A stretch of 63,103 bases of DNA, filler included, from Octopus bimaculoides (Eukaryota), in the NCBI RefSeq assembly GCF_001194135.2. It is 7 parts of 5 records of this genome, joined end to end, with 100 filler letters (N's around TTAATTAATTAA, not from the genome) between each part and the next. Parts side by side here need not be neighbours in the genome. Positions count along the whole stretch, not along the records: positions 1 to 24,539 come from NC_069000.1; 6 more parts are not named here. The stretch is one strand, 5' to 3'. Below the pieces are notes generated by a model, which did not search any database, was not told the DNA's origin, and saw only the letters and a list, made by a program, of their open reading frames with translations. Position 1 is the first letter of the stretch. Every line of letters starts with the position of its first letter. Shown here piece after piece: positions 1 through 13,421 of this stretch. A program made the translations under genes and the position numbers.

Positions 1-384
1 TTCATCTTTATTCAGCCATATACCAGAACGACCAGAACCAACACTAGCACTACCACCACCACCACCACCACCACCACCACCTCCGCTACTACCACAACCA
101 CCACAACAACAATCACCACCAGGAGCACTATCACCACCACCACCACCATCACTTGACACCACCACCACCATCACCACTACCACCACCATCACCACCACAG
201 TAACTTCAATAGACCTAAGACCATATACAATTGTGGTCTATGTGACAGAGATTGTCACTCACATATAGGTTTGTTTAGCCACTGGAGATGATACTCCAGC
301 TGGCCTGAAAACAGCAAGGATGCAGCCACTCAAGGCCAGCTCTGACCAAAGGAGGCTCTTGTATTGCAGTATTGACCAGACCAT

Positions 385-605
385 TAGATGCTAGTGTATA
401 TCGCTGATCACAATGCGCTTTCGTAATCTGAGTTGATTGCACCATTGTTTTCCATCTTGACCCAAATCACTTAACTAAATCATCTTCCCGTCAACGTGGA
501 GGCCTTCCAGATGAACTTATCTGGTCTTTCGGATACCATTTGGCAACAGGTCCAATTTTTGTCTGTGAACCTTGTGACCTGTCCAGCCCGATGGAATTTG
601 TGCTT
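385..605 (-). mobile_element. Decayed 3' coding fragment of an RTE-clade LINE
   Basis: Minus-strand translation with a frameshift gives FHRAGQVTRFTDKNWT / KWYPKDQISSSGRPPR*REDDLVK, resembling the RTE C-terminal W.GH..R....WT....W.P.....GRP..RW.DD motif. Confidence 0.55.
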
Positions 606-878
606 TCAGTTACAAAGAATAAGTCCTGGGGTCGATTTGCTTGACTAAAGGCGGTGCTCCAGCATGGCCACAGTCAAATGGCTGAAACAAGTAAAAGAGT
701 AAAAGAGTATACATCAACTGAAAGACGGTCTCTGATTGGCTGTTACACTTCAAAACCAGCCATTGACAACATTTGTTCCATCAGGCCAATGGATCGGCCC
801 CAAGGGCCAGTTAAGAAGGTTAAGAATTTGGCACTTATGGAATTGTCTATCTTTATTTGGCGCACATCCTTTACTGAG

Positions 879-1641
879 TTAACCCATTAGCATTCAAACT
901 GACCATATCTGGCCAAAATATTCTGTCTCTGGTCAGATACGTCTCACACCTACTCTGCAATGTCATAGTAAAAATAGACAACCACATCGTCGAAATCTTA
1001 AAGCTATGAAATAATGTATGATTAATTCAAGGCATCATTATCATTTAATGCCTGTTGTCCATGCTGGCATGGGTTGGATGGTGTGACCAGGGCTGGCCAG
1101 CTGGGGAAGATGCACCAGAATCCGGTCTGATTTGGCATTGTTTCTATGGCTGGATGCATCACATGACCAATCCAGCGCAGTTTCCTCTCTTGCACGAAGC
1201 AACTAATTCTGAAGACAACGTAAATAAATAAACATTAGCGAAATCATGATGGCACCTGTGCCCAGTGTCACCTTCCTGGCACTTGTGCCGGTGGCACGTG
1301 TAAAGACATTCGAGCGAGATCAATGCCAGTGCCGCTGGACTGGCTCCTGTGCAGGTGGCACGTAAAATACACCATTTTGAGTGTGGCCATTGCCAGTACC
1401 ATTTGACTGGCCTTCGTGCCGGTGGCACGTAAAAAGCACCCACTACACTCTCGGAGTGGTTGGCGTTAGGAAGGGCGTCCAGCTGTAGAAACTCTGCCAA
1501 ATCAGATTGGCGCCTGGTGTAGCCATCTGGTTCACCAGTCCTCAGTCAAATCGTCCAACCCATGCTAGCATGGAAAGTGGATGTTAAACGATGATGATGA
1601 TGATTAAATTTGTCAGAATAATTTGAATGCTAAACGGTTAA
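879..1641 (+). mobile_element. TTAA-flanked MITE (piggyBac-like ends) interrupted by two inserted repeats
   Basis: Left end TTAACCCATTAGCATTCAAA (879), right end TTTGAATGCTAAACGGTTAA (1641): inverted termini bounded by TTAA. Internal sequence matches copies at 5715-5909 and 15780-16270. Confidence 0.7.
1215..1605 (+). mobile_element. (ATG)n-tailed interspersed repeat (probable RTE-mobilised non-autonomous element)
   Basis: Ends ...CCAACCCATGCTAGCATGGAAAGTGGATGTTAAACGATGATGATG with internal GGCACGTAAAA repeats. Homologous copies on the opposite strand at 1035-1160, 14598-14912, 18427-18790, 23318-23930, 62675-62920. Confidence 0.75.
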
Positions 1642-2424
1642 AAACCTTCCATCTTGCCCTTGTTCTCTTTGAGATTTCAGCATCCTTATCTCAGTGCACA
1701 TTTGCTGTGTACCCTAAGGTAGACATACTCCTTTATCCCTTTGGTTTTTCATTGCTTTGCACCTCTATTCAGCCTTGTGTTGCTTCTTCTGACCACACTA
1801 GAACCGTGTAATCTACTACGCCATGGCAGTTGCGAGATGCATGATGTAGTATAGGGCAATGTACTGTAGTGGTGGAATCCATTAGAATCAATGAATGGAT
1901 CTTAGTCTTGATTGGATTAAGAAAGATTATTGGTATTTCCACTGGTTGGATTGACTACGTTGCATGTTAAGAGATCTGTTTGGTATTTTACTGAATGAAG
2001 ACGATTTGGGGGTTGGGGGTCGGGGGTACACAAGGTTCATGGACAGTGCAGGAATTAGTGGTGGTGGTGGTGGTGGTGGTGNNNNNNNNNNNNNNNNNNN
2101 NNNNNNNNNNNNNNNNNNNNNNNNNNNNNNNNNNNNNNNNNNNNNNNNNNNNNNNNNNNNNNNNNNNNNNNNNNNNNNNNNNNNNNNNNNNNNNNNNNNN
2201 NNNNNNNNNNNNNNNNNNNNNNNNNNNNNNNNNNNNNNNNNNNNNNNNNNNNNNNNNNNNNNNNNNNNNNNNNNNNNNNNNNNNNNNNNNNNNNNNNNNN
2301 NNNNNNNNNNNNNNNNNNNNNNNNNNNNNNNNNNNNNNNNNNNNNNNNNNNNNNNNNNNNNNNNNNNNGTGGTGGTGGTGGTGGTTGTTGTGGTGGAAGT
2401 AACGTTGGTAACTGATTGTCGATG

Positions 2425-2568
2425 GTGGCAGCTGAGTGAACTGGAGCAACGTGAAATAAAGTGTCTTGCTCAAGAACACAACATACAGCCCGGTCCGGGA
2501 ATTGAACTCGCTACCTCATGATCGTGAGTCCGATGCTCTTAACCACTGAGCCATGCACCTTCACAGGG
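2425..2568 (-). mobile_element. tRNA-headed SINE, 5' part
   Basis: Minus strand reads TGGCTCAGTGG (A box) ... GAGTTCAATTCC (B box), then GTTCTTGAGCAAGACACTTTATTTCACG, a CORE-like segment. Confidence 0.7.
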
Positions 2569-3429
2569 ACGAATATATATGCCAGAGAAAATGGGAAACT
2601 GGACCTGTGCCCTTTATGGAGTAATATGGACTAACCAGGATGTAGATTGGAAAAAAGAATATTGACTGCTATTTCTAGCAGTTCAAGCAACTACATACAA
2701 ACTGTGTTGGTTGTTGTTGTTGATGTTAATTAATGATATAGTTGTTGGAGATAGTAATGATATTGATGATGATGTTGATGATGGTATTTAGCCCTAGGTT
2801 AGTCACAATTAGGTCTTAACTTACAATCAAAATCGTTCTCGTTACGACCATCCCGTGTTTCTCTCAGGCATTGTACATCTAGGAATACATTATCCAATGC
2901 ATCCCTTGGTATTTTTTTTTATTTTTTATTACAATGGTTAGGTGAAATCTGAGAGTGATTTGGCTGCTATTTCTAGCTAATATTGTTGTGTGTTGGTGGT
3001 GGTGGTGTTTGGAAGATTAATGAGAGGGGTTAATTAATGTGAAGAAGAGAGGGCAGAAAAAATGGTGATGCTGACAAGATGGGTTGAGGAGATGGGTATG
3101 AGATGTCTTGGCAGTTTCTGTAGTAGAAAACAAATATGCCAAGGGTGCAGTGCACGGGAACTGAACCTGCAACCATGTGATTGTAATGCGAGCTTCGTAA
3201 CCAAGTAGCCACGCCTGCAACTTACACAAGCACACACACATATCTCTTACTCATATACATATATATATTATATATATATATATATATACACATGCATATA
3301 CGCATATATATGTATACATAGACACACACACATATATATATACACACATATGCACGTATATATATATGTGTGTGTGTGTGTATATATACATACACACACA
3401 CATATATACATACATACATACATATACAC

Positions 3430-3480
<51 letters not shown>

Positions 3481-5714
3481 NNNNNNNNNNNNNNNNNNNN
3501 NNNNNNNNNNNNNNNNNNNNNNNNNNNNNNNNNNNNNNNNNNNNNNNNNNNNNNNNNNNNNNNNNNNNNNNNNNNNNNNNNNNNNNNNNNNNNNNNNNNN
3601 NNNNNNNNNNNNNNNNATATAACCAGAGATTTAGTGAAAGACCGATAATTGTGTGCATGTGTGTGTGTGTGTGTGTGTTCATTCCGGTATTTGTTTAAAG
3701 GAAGAATTCTCTTTTATTGCCTCTGCTATTTTCTCTCTTTGAGCCACGTCACTTGAGAACAGCAATCCTGCAGTTTATTTGTCCGTCCATCCCTGACTCT
3801 CCAGCTGGTCTTCAATACCAACGTCTAATGGTTCCTTATTGGCTTTTGATTTGTGTGTCTGCATGTGTGTGGTTGTGTGTCTGACTACGTGTGTGTGTGT
3901 GTTTGCGTCGTCATCATTAAACGGCATTGTTATCGCTGTCGTTATTGTCATTGCTTTTATCATCATCATCATCATCATCACCAGCAGCATTCTCTCATTA
4001 CACGCCATTATATTGACCATCATTATATCCATTGTCGTCATCATTATAATAATCAGCATCACCATCATCACAATCATCATCATCTTCGTCATCACCACTA
4101 CCATCACTATTGTCAGCATTAACATCATCATCATCATCATCATCATAATCATCGCAGTCATCATCTTCATCATTTTCTTCCTCATTATCTTCCTCCCACT
4201 CCCTTTCCTCCTCCTCCTCATCATCATCAACAACAACAACATCATCATCATCATCACCGTGATCACCCTCACCTACCACTACCACCAGCACCACCGACAC
4301 CCCCATCGTCACGATCATCATCGTCATTGTCATCACAATCACCACCATCGTCCTAACCCCACCACCACCGCCGCCGCTACCACCACTACCACCGTCAACC
4401 CTACTGTCATCATCTGCATCATCATCATCATCATCATCACCATCATCACCCTAAACCCCCACNNNNNNNNNNNNNNNNNNNNNNNNNNNNNNNNNNNNNN
4501 NNNNNNNNNNNNNNNNNNNNNNNNNNNNNNNNNNNNNNNNNNNNNNNNNNNNNNNNNNNNNNNNNNNNNNNNNNNNNNNNNNNNNNNNNNNNNNNNNNNN
4601 NNNNNNNNNNNNNNNNNNNNNNNNNNNNNNNNNNNNNNNNNNNNNNNNNNNNNNNNNNNNNNNNNNNNNNNNNNNNNNNNNNNNNNNNNNNNNNNNNNNN
4701 NNNNNNNNNNNNNNNNNNNNNNNNNNNNNNNNNNNNNNNNNNNNNNNNNNNNNNNNNNNNNNNNNNNNNNNNNNNNNNNNNNNNNNNNNNNNNNNNNNNN
4801 NNNNNNNNNNNNNNNNNNNNNNNNNNNNNNNNNNNNNNNNNNNNNNNNNNNNNNNNNNNNNNNNNNNNNNNNNNNNNNNNNNNNNNNNNNNNNNNNNNNN
4901 NNNNNNNNNNNNNNNNNNNNNNNNNNNNNNNNNNNNNNNNNNNNNNNNNNNNNNNNNNNNNNNNNNNNNNNNNNNNNNNNNGGGTGGGGTGGAGTTTTTG
5001 ATTAAATAACTTATCACCGACGATGGTGGTGGCGGTGAGGATGACGGTAAGGAAGATGATGATGAGGAGGATGGTGGTGGTGGTGGTGGTGGTGATCGTG
5101 ATGAAGATGGTGGTGATGTTAATAATGATGATGATGGTGGTGGTGGTGGTGGTGGTGACAAATGATAACGGTGGTGATGATGATAGTAACGATGACGAAG
5201 ATGATGAGAAGATGATGGTGAAGATGGTAAGGATGAGCATTAAAAAGATGATGATGATGATGATGATGCAAAGGATGATGATAACAGTGCATTACAATCA
5301 TCATCTTAACATCTTTGCCATTATCATTACTATCATCATCATGATCATCACCATTAGCATCTTTGTCATCATCATCATCATCATCATCCTTGTCGTCGTC
5401 ATCGTCGTCGTCGTCATCATCATTAACATCACCATCACCACCATTATCATAATCGTCGTCAGCATTGTTATTAACACCACCATCATCATAATGATCACCA
5501 TGTGTGCTCGATGCTTTTTACGCATCAGTGTCATGGGTGTGTTAATACAGCACCAGCACGGGTGCGTTAACACAGCAGCAGCACAGGTGCATTAATACAG
5601 CACTGGCACAGGTGTGTTAACGCAGCACAGGTGTGTTAATGCAGCACAGGTGTGTTAATGCAGAGCCAGTGCAGGTGCTCTTTAAGTGGCACCAGCACTT
5701 GAGAGGACCAGCCT

Positions 5715-5909
5715 TGTATTGCTTATTTATTCACATAGTTTTAAATTAATTAGGCATTATCTGGTAGCATCAAGATTCCAATGGTGTGCTTGTATATTTT
5801 TAGAATGACATTGTAGGCTAGGTGTGATAGGCCAGGTCTGGCCGGTGTGAGCATAAAACAGGTGAAATATTTGGCCTGGATATGGTCAGTTTAAATGCTA
5901 AAGGATTAA
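5715..5909 (-). mobile_element. TTAA-MITE copy, one terminus visible
   Basis: Ends TTTAAATGCTAAAGGATTAA; reverse complement of the 879-1030 sequence. Confidence 0.7.
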
Positions 5910-6024
5910 ACCACAACCTACCCTGGCTTGAAGAGTTTAATAATGTGATGTCTGTTTGTAAGACTGTCCTACACCACTTGCCAACCAGTGTTGGTTTGTT
6001 AACGTCTCCCGTAACTTAGTGGTG

Positions 6025-6406
6025 GTTGGCACTCAGTCGCTTACGACGTCGAGGGTTCCAGTTGATCTGATCAATGGAACAGCCTGCTCGTGAAATTAAC
6101 GTGCAAGTGGCTGAGCACTCCACAGACACGTGTACCCTTAATGTAGTTCTCGGGGATATTCAGCGTGACACAGTGTGACAAGGCTGGCCCCTTTGAAATA
6201 CAGGTACGACAGAGACAGGAAGTAAGAGTGAGAGAAAGTTGTGGTGGAAGAGTACAGCAGGGTTTGCCACTATCCCCTGCCTGAGCCTTGTGGAGCTTTA
6301 GGTGTTTCTGCTCAATAAACACTCACAATGCCCGGTCTGGGAATCGAAACCGCTATCCTACGACTGCGAGTCCGCTGCCCTAACCACTGGGCCATTGCGC
6401 CTCCAC
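6025..6406 (-). mobile_element. Full-length tRNA-derived SINE (second family)
   Basis: Minus strand starts GTGGAGGCGCAATGGCCCAGTGGTTAGGGCAGCGGACTCGC...GGTTTCGATTCCC (A/B boxes). The same head occurs on + at 9412-9540. Inserted into a fragment of the CORE-SINE family. Confidence 0.8.
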
Positions 6407-6517
6407 CTGTAACTTGGTAGTTCAGTATGGGAGACCAATAGATAGAACTTTTGATACCAGTTTGTCAAAGATTGCCCTTGGTCCTATGATATAAATTTTC
6501 TCTTTTAAAATTATCCA

Positions 6518-6818
6518 GGCATAGGAGTGGCTGTGTGGTAAGTAGCTTGCTTACCAACCACATAGTTCTGGGTTCAGTCCGACTGCGTGGCACCTTGGGC
6601 AAGTGTCTTCTACTATAACCTCGGGCCGACCAAAGCCTTGTGAGTGGATTTGGTAGACGGAAACTGAAAGAAGCCCGTCGTATATATGTATATATATGTG
6701 TATGTGTGTGTATGTTTGTGTGTCTGTGTTTGTCCCCCTAACATCGCTTGACAACCGATGGTGGTGTGTTTACGTCCCCATAACTTAGCGGTTTGGCAAA
6801 AGAGACTGATAGAATAAA
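6518..6818 (+). mobile_element. tRNA-headed CORE-type SINE with internal (TA/TG)n, the most abundant family here
   Basis: TGGCTGTGTGG A box, GGTTCAGTCC B box, then GGCACCTTGGGCAAGTGTCTTC (CORE-like). Further copies or fragments at ~609-707, 3100-3220(-), 9020-9365, 12130-12250, 12310-12480(-), 13890-13995, 15415-15540, 17100-17545, 17563-17730, 18905-19060, 19790-20020, 21645-21902, 44750-44980, 48215-48370, 48980-49150, 61940-62000. Confidence 0.85.
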
Positions 6819-7381
6819 AAAAGTTGTAGTGTCTCTCTCTCCCTCTTACCATCTCCCTCTTCTTCATTCTCCCTCTCCCTCACTCTCCCCTCACATTCTC
6901 ACCATCTCCCTCTTCCCCTCTCTCCCTCTCTCACTCACCCTCTTCTCTCTCCCTCTCACCATATCCCTCCTCCTCTCTTTCCCTCTCCCTCTTCTCTCTC
7001 TTTGTTTATGTGTGTGAGTATATTCCTCATCATGTGTTTAAGGAGAGGGAATATATTTATGACAAGTGTGTTTAATTAATTAATTTTAATGACTCTCTCC
7101 CTCCCTCTTCTCCTCTCTTTCCCGTACCCCCTCTCATCTCTCTCTCCCTCCCCTCTATCCTTCTCCCCCTCTCTCTTCCTCTCTGTATATTCGTCTGACC
7201 ACATTTCTCTATGTATATGAGGGGAGAGAAAGTGTTTATGCCAATCATGTTCAATTAATAAATTAATTGTAATGTCTCTCTCTCTCTCTCTCTCCCCCTC
7301 TCTCTTTATGTGCATGAAAGAGAGGAGAAATGTTTCTGGCAATCCTGTTCAATTACTTAATTGGAATTCTCTGTCTGTACC

Positions 7382-7655
7382 AGTTAAAGACTGGGGTTGA
7401 AGTAATCGACTACCCCGCTCCCTCCAAATTTCAGGCCTTGTGCCTATAGTAGAAAGGATTATTATTATTATTATTAAGGTGGCGAGCTGGCAGAATCTTT
7501 AGCACGCCTACATTCTGAGTTCAAATTCCACCAAGGTCAACTTTGCCTTTCATCCTTTCAGGGGCGGTTAAATAAGTACCAGTTGTGCACTGGGGTCGAT
7601 GTAATCGACTAGTCCCCTCCTCCAAAATTGCTGCCCTTGTGGCAATATTTGAAAC

Positions 7656-7709
<54 letters not shown>
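7382..7709 (+). mobile_element. Tandem copies of an (ATT)n-flanked tRNA-like SINE (third family)
   Basis: AAGGTGGCGAGCTGGCAGAA...GAGTTCAAATTCC...GGGGTCGATGTAATCGACT...GCCTTGTG ending in (ATT)n; a second copy starts directly after the previous tail. Confidence 0.8.
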
Positions 7710-8910
7710 NNNNNNNNNNNNNNNNNNNNNNNNNNNNNNNNNNNNNNNNNNNNNNNNNNNNNNNNNNNNNNNNNNNNNNNNNNNNNNNNNNNNNNNNNNN
7801 NNNNNNNNNNNNNNNNNNNNNNNNNNNNNNNNNNNNNNNNNNNNNNNNNNNNNNNNNNNNNNNNNNNNNNNNNNNNNNNNNNNNNNNNNNNNNNNNNNNN
7901 NNNNNNNNNNNNNNNNNNNNNNNNNNNNNNNNNNNNNNNNNNNNNNNNNNNNNNNNNNNNNNNNNNNNNNNNNNNNNNNNNNNNNNNNNNNNNNNNNNNN
8001 NNNNNNNNNNNNNNNNNNNNNNNNNNNNNNNNNNNNNNNNNNNNNNNNNNNNNNNNNNNNNNNNNNNNNNNNNNNNNNNNNNNNNNNNNNNNNNNNNNNN
8101 NNNNNNNNNNNAAACAGCACTGATAAGAGCAACGGTTCTTCTTCTTCTTCTTCTTCTTCTTCCTTTTCTTCCTTTTCTTCTTCTTCTTCTTCTTCTTCTT
8201 CTTCCTTTTCTTCCTTCTCTTCTTTTTTCTTCTTCTTCCTTTTCTTCTTCTTCTTCTTCCTCTTCTTAGCATCATCATCATCGTCATCTTCCTCCTCCTC
8301 CGCCTCCTCCTCCGCCTCCTCCTCCTCCTCCTCATCATCATCATCATCTGCCTCTTCTTCTTCTTCTTCTTCTTCTTCCTTTTCTTCATCTTCTTTTTCA
8401 TCATCATCATCAACTTCTTCTTCTTCTTCATCTTCTTTTTCCTCTTCTTATTCCTCTTCTTCTTCTTCTTCTGTTTTTCATTTGCCTTTTGATATTTGCC
8501 CCCCTCCCCTTTTTCTCATTTTTGATTCCTGGTTATTTTCTCTACAATGAGATACTATCTGTGTAAGTTTGTGGGTGTATATATGAATGTGTATGTATAT
8601 TTGTCTGTGAGTGTATGTATGTATGTACGTATTTTTATGGTATACGTATATATGTCTTATATATGTATGTATTTTTCTATGTGTGTGTGTGTGTATATAT
8701 ATGTATGTGTGTGTATGTGTGCATATATTAGTATGCTTATATATATGTATACATGTATATGTATGTGTAGATGTGTATGGATATAGCTCTAGGCCATTAC
8801 AAGCTGTGCGAGTGGATTTGATGGAAGGAAACTGAAAGAAGCCCATCAAATACTGATATACAGCTATAAATAAATATAGTTATGAGTACGTGCATATATG
8901 AGTGTATGCA

Positions 8911-8968
<58 letters not shown>

Positions 8969-9019
8969 GGTGCAGGTGTGGTTGTGTGGTGCAGGTGTGG
9001 TTGTGTGGTGCAGGTGTGG

Positions 9020-9365
9020 TTGTGTGGTTATGCTTACCAACCATACCGGTTCCAGGTTCAGTCCCACTGTGTGGCACCTTGGGCAAGTGTCTTCTACTAT
9101 AGCCTCGGGCCGATCAAAGCTTTCTAAGTGGATTTGGTAGACAAAAACTGAAAGAAGCCTGTCGTATATATGTGTTTGTCCCACCCAACATCGCTTGACA
9201 ACCGATGCTGGTGTGTTTACGTCCCCGTAACATAGCGGTTCGGCAAAGGAGACTGATAGAATAAGTACTAGGCTTACAAAGAATAAGTCCTGGGGTCGAT
9301 TTGCTCGACTAAAGGTGGTGCTCCAGCATGGCTGCAGTCAAAATGACTGAAACAAGTAAAAGAGT
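9020..9365 (+). mobile_element. Near full-length CORE-type SINE
   Basis: Collinear with 6518-6818 and including the 3' tail AGTCAAAATGACTGAAACAAGTAAAAGAG. Confidence 0.85.
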
Positions 9366-11132
9366 ATAATGAGAGAGTAAAGAGAGATTATTATTATTGT
9401 TGTTATTATGACTGTGTGGAGGCGCAATGGCCCAGTGGTTAGGGCAGTGGACTCGCGGTCATAGGATTGCGGTTTCAATTCCCAGACCAGGCGTTGTGAG
9501 TGTTTATTGAGCGAAAACACCTGAATCTTCACGAGACTCCNNNNNNNNNNNNNNNNNNNNNNNNNNNNNNNNNNNNNNNNNNNNNNNNNNNNNNNNNNNN
9601 NNNNNNNNNNNNNNNNNNNNNNNNNNNNNNNNNNNNNNNNNNNNNNNNNNNNNNNNNNNNNNNNNNNNNNNNNNNNNNNNNNNNNNNNNNNNNNNNNNNN
9701 NNNNNNNNNNNNNNNNNNNNNNNNNNNNNNNNNNNNNNNNNNNNNNNNNNNNNNNNNNNNNNNNNNNNNNNNNNNNNNNNNNNNNNNNNNNNNNNNNNNN
9801 NNNNNNNNNNNNNNNNNNNNNNNNNNNNNNNNNNNNNNNNNNNNNNNNNNNNNNNNNNNNNNNNNNNNNNNNNNNNNNNNNNNNNNNNNNNNNNNNNNNN
9901 NNNNNNNNNNNNNNNNNNNNNNNNNNNNNNNNNNNNNNNNNNNNNNNNNNNNNNNNNNNNNNNNNNNNNNNNNNNNNNNNNNNNNNNNNNNNNNNNNNNN
10001 NNNNNNNNNNNNNNNNNNNNNNNNNNNNNNNNNNNNNNNNNNNNNNNNNNNNNNNNNNNNNNNNNNNNNNNNNNNNNNNNNNNNNNNNNNNNNNNNNNNN
10101 NNNNNNNNNNNNNNNNNNNNNNNNNNNNNNNNNNNNNNNNNNNNNNNNNNNNNNNNNNNNNNNNNNNNNNNNNNNNNNNNNNNNNNNNNNNNNNNNNNNN
10201 NNNNNNNNNNNNNNNNNNNNNNNNAGCTGGTGCTTTTGAAATACTGGTCCAGCTGTTGATATTACTTTAATTGTTGTTGTTGTTATTGTTGTGCTTCTAT
10301 TGTTCCACTTGTTGGTGTCGGTGGTGTTGTCACCGCAGATGCAACTCGTTATTATTATACCAAATTAATCATGCTTTTTAAGTATGAATTTCATATGAAA
10401 ACAATAACAAAATTTTTTTAAATGCCCAGAAAACTTTTTTTTAAATATATTTATATTTTTCTTTATTTTTGATAAAAACAAAATATAGGGCAAAAAAAAA
10501 ATAGCAACAAAAATAAAATATAAAATTTCAAATAAAATTATAATTTTGCCAGCATTCTGGTGTTGGCATTGGTGGGGGAAATGCTATTTTATAATTCATT
10601 ATTGAACTTTTGATAATTGTTCTTCTCCAATTATCAGTCAGCTCCCCTACCACCTCCACACCTTTTGTCATTCATCAGGAAACATTTCTTTTTTTCTTTT
10701 TCTCTTTCTCAGTTTTATTTTATTTATTCTCTTTGCTCTGTAATCATGTTATCATTCCAATCGATTTTTTTCCAGTATCTGCCACAGGGGCAATGAAAGT
10801 GATGACATTACAGTACAGTTGTTGAGAAAACCAACATAAGTGTGTGTGTGTGTGTGCGTGTGTTTGTAGATATGTGTTTGTGTGTGTGTCAGTTTGTAAG
10901 GGTGTGTATGTGTGTGTGCTCATGTTTATCTTTGCTTATCAGTGTGTGTTTATATTTCTGCATGTGTGTGTGAGTGTGTGTGTGTGTGTTCTTGAGTACG
11001 TGTGTGTCAGTTTGTAAGGGTGTGTTTGTGTGTGTGAGCTTGTGTGGGTGCGCATGTTTATCTTTACTTATATGTGTGTGCTTATATTTCCGCATGTGTG
11101 TGTGTGTGTGTATGTCAGTTGTGTGTATGTAT

Positions 11133-11173
<41 letters not shown>

Positions 11174-11517
11174 CATGCACACATATAGTAAATTGAATAA
11201 AAAGAGTACAGTGAACTTACAGTGGGGAGTGGAAAACCCAATGTTTCAGATAGTGTCCCTCTTTGGAGAAGTGTCGAAAGGAAAGAAATAAATGAGAAAT
11301 AACAGAGTTTTGCATCGTCAAAGTAAACGAAAAAAAAAAAAACACCAACTGCTTCATAATACAAGTCTTGCTTTTGCTGACTCTGATCGACTCCAGTCAG
11401 TCTGGAGTCCAGGAGATTATATTTACAACTACTTGGACACTTAAAAAGGTTAAAAAATGGATTTGTGGAAATAATATTTCATATGCTTTCTTTCGGAAGA
11501 AAAAAACCTCTCAATAA

Positions 11518-11991
11518 TAATAATAATCCTTTCTACTATAGGCACAAGGCCTGGATTTTGTGGGGAGGGGTAAATTGATTACATTGACCCCAGTACTCAA
11601 ACTGGTACTTAATTTATTGGCCCCGAAAGGAAAAAAGGCAAAGTCAACCTTGGTAGAATTTGAACTCAGAACGTAAAGACTCAGAATGTAAAGACCGCTA
11701 AGCTTTTCACATGACCCCAATGTGCAACTGAAACTTAGTTTATTGGCCCTGAAAGGATGAAAGCCAAAGTCGACCTTGACGGAATTTGAACTGAGAACGT
11801 AAAGACTGCTAAGCATTTCACCCAACCCCAGTACGCAACTGGTACTTAATTTATCGGCCCTGAAAGGAAGAAAGGCAGAGTCGACCTTGGCAGAATTTGA
11901 ACTCAGAATGCAGCGGCAGATGAAATACCGCTAAGCATTTAGCCCGGTGTGCTAACGATCCTGTCAGCTTGCCACCTTGATAGTAATAATG

Positions 11992-12026
<35 letters not shown>

Positions 12027-12120
12027 CCTTTCTATTATAGGCACAAGGCCTGAAATTTAGCAGGAGGGGGATAGTCAATCACATCTACCCCAGTGTTTCA
12101 CTTGTACTTAATTTACCAAC
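11518..12120 (-). mobile_element. Cluster of about three (ATT)n-flanked SINE copies, one with internal duplication
   Basis: Repeated GAATTTGAACTCAGAA, CTGGTACTTAATTTAT and ATCCTTTCTACTATAGGCACAAGGCC blocks separated by (AAT)n. Confidence 0.8.
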
Positions 12121-12257
12121 CCCAAAAGGTCCTCGGGTCGATTTTTTTAACTGAAGTCTTGAGGTTGATTTCTCCAACTAAAACCCTTTAAGGTAGTGCT
12201 CCAGCATGGCAGCAATCAAATGGCTGAAACAAGTAAAAGAATAAAAGAGCATATATG

Positions 12258-12299
<42 letters not shown>

Positions 12300-13171
12300 C
12301 ATACATACACAATGGGTTTCTTTCAGTTTCCACCTACCAAATCCATTCACAAGGTGGATCTCAGACTGGACCTATATTAGAAGACAGACACTTGACCACC
12401 TCCCCAAGGTGCCCCATGGTGTAACTGAACCCAAGGTCACATGGTTGGGAAGAAAAGCTTCTTACCCTCACAGCCACATCTCTGCATCATTGTGCTGCAT
12501 TTTGGGTGGGGAGGGGTGTTTGGCATTTTCTTCCCAGTGTCTGGAACCAGCCCCAGACATTGTGAGCGAAACCAGACGATTGGAAACTACTAGATAGTCC
12601 ATCAGATAAAATCATGAATGTGACTAATTAGAGAGAGAAGCCATACTACATGTACAGCACCATACTGGTGCTGCCTGAGGTAAACTCAGCCACAACTGTT
12701 GTTCAAGATTGTTCTGTAGAGGATCCATGTACTTAGTCACCTCTCTGATATTCTGTTAGTCTTCTTCATTAAATTATTGAAGTGCATTCTTTAATTATAG
12801 AATCATTAATGTTTCAGCAGTTTCTCAGTTGATGGTGTTGTATTTTGTCATATTAGACATCCCGGGGCTAAATCTCAGTTGAGTCAATGAATAAAGCAGC
12901 GAAGAAATGCACCGAAGAAAGCTAGAATTAGTTTTGGAGACTGTGGGTGTATAAGCGTTTGGGTTTGGATATGTTTTGGTGAGGAGTAACAGGAGAGAGT
13001 GGGAGGGAAGGTGGGAGGGAGAGAGACAGAGAGAGAAAATCTACACTCAGACTTCTATATGTATCATCATCATCATCATTGTCATCATCATGTTCGTCAT
13101 CATCGTCATCACCATCATCGTCGTCGTCATCATTGTCATCATCGTCATCATCATTCATTATTTACATTATT

Positions 13172-13303
13172 TACATTTGATGGATATTTGTCGTCATCTT
13201 GTTTGTTGTTAACACAACGTTTTGGCTGATATACCCTCCAGCCTTCATCAAGTGTCTTGGGGAAATTTCGAACCTGGGTTCTTGTTCCTAAGGTATTTTT
13301 CGA

Positions 13304-13353
<50 letters not shown>

Positions 13354-13421
13354 TCACAGCTTGGAATCGAACTCGGAATCTTGGGGTTAGTAGCCTGCAC
13401 TCTTAACCACTACACCATATG
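13172..13421 (-). mobile_element. Solo tRNA-head/(AAT)n/hammerhead module (Penelope terminal-repeat-like)
   Basis: Reverse complement of 46912-47280. A box TGGTGTAGTGG, B box GAGTTCGATTCC; hammerhead remnant at 13211-13256. Confidence 0.75.

Noticed and set aside
3775-5595. Long His/Ile/Met/Asp-rich ORFs
   Set aside because: Translations of (CAT)n/(CAC)n microsatellites running through N gaps.
6330-6406. tRNA-like sequences (also 2490-2560, 9412-9490, 13345-13421, 22700-22760, 46912-46985)
   Set aside because: They continue into repeat bodies and lack a complete acceptor stem; SINE heads rather than tRNA genes.
7521-8550. Poly-Ser/Lys/Leu ORFs
   Set aside because: (ATT)n and (CTT)n repeats plus an N gap.
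10780-10840. Possible + strand exon after ttttttccag
   Set aside because: No convincing donor and no frame resembling Rost or any protein I recognise.
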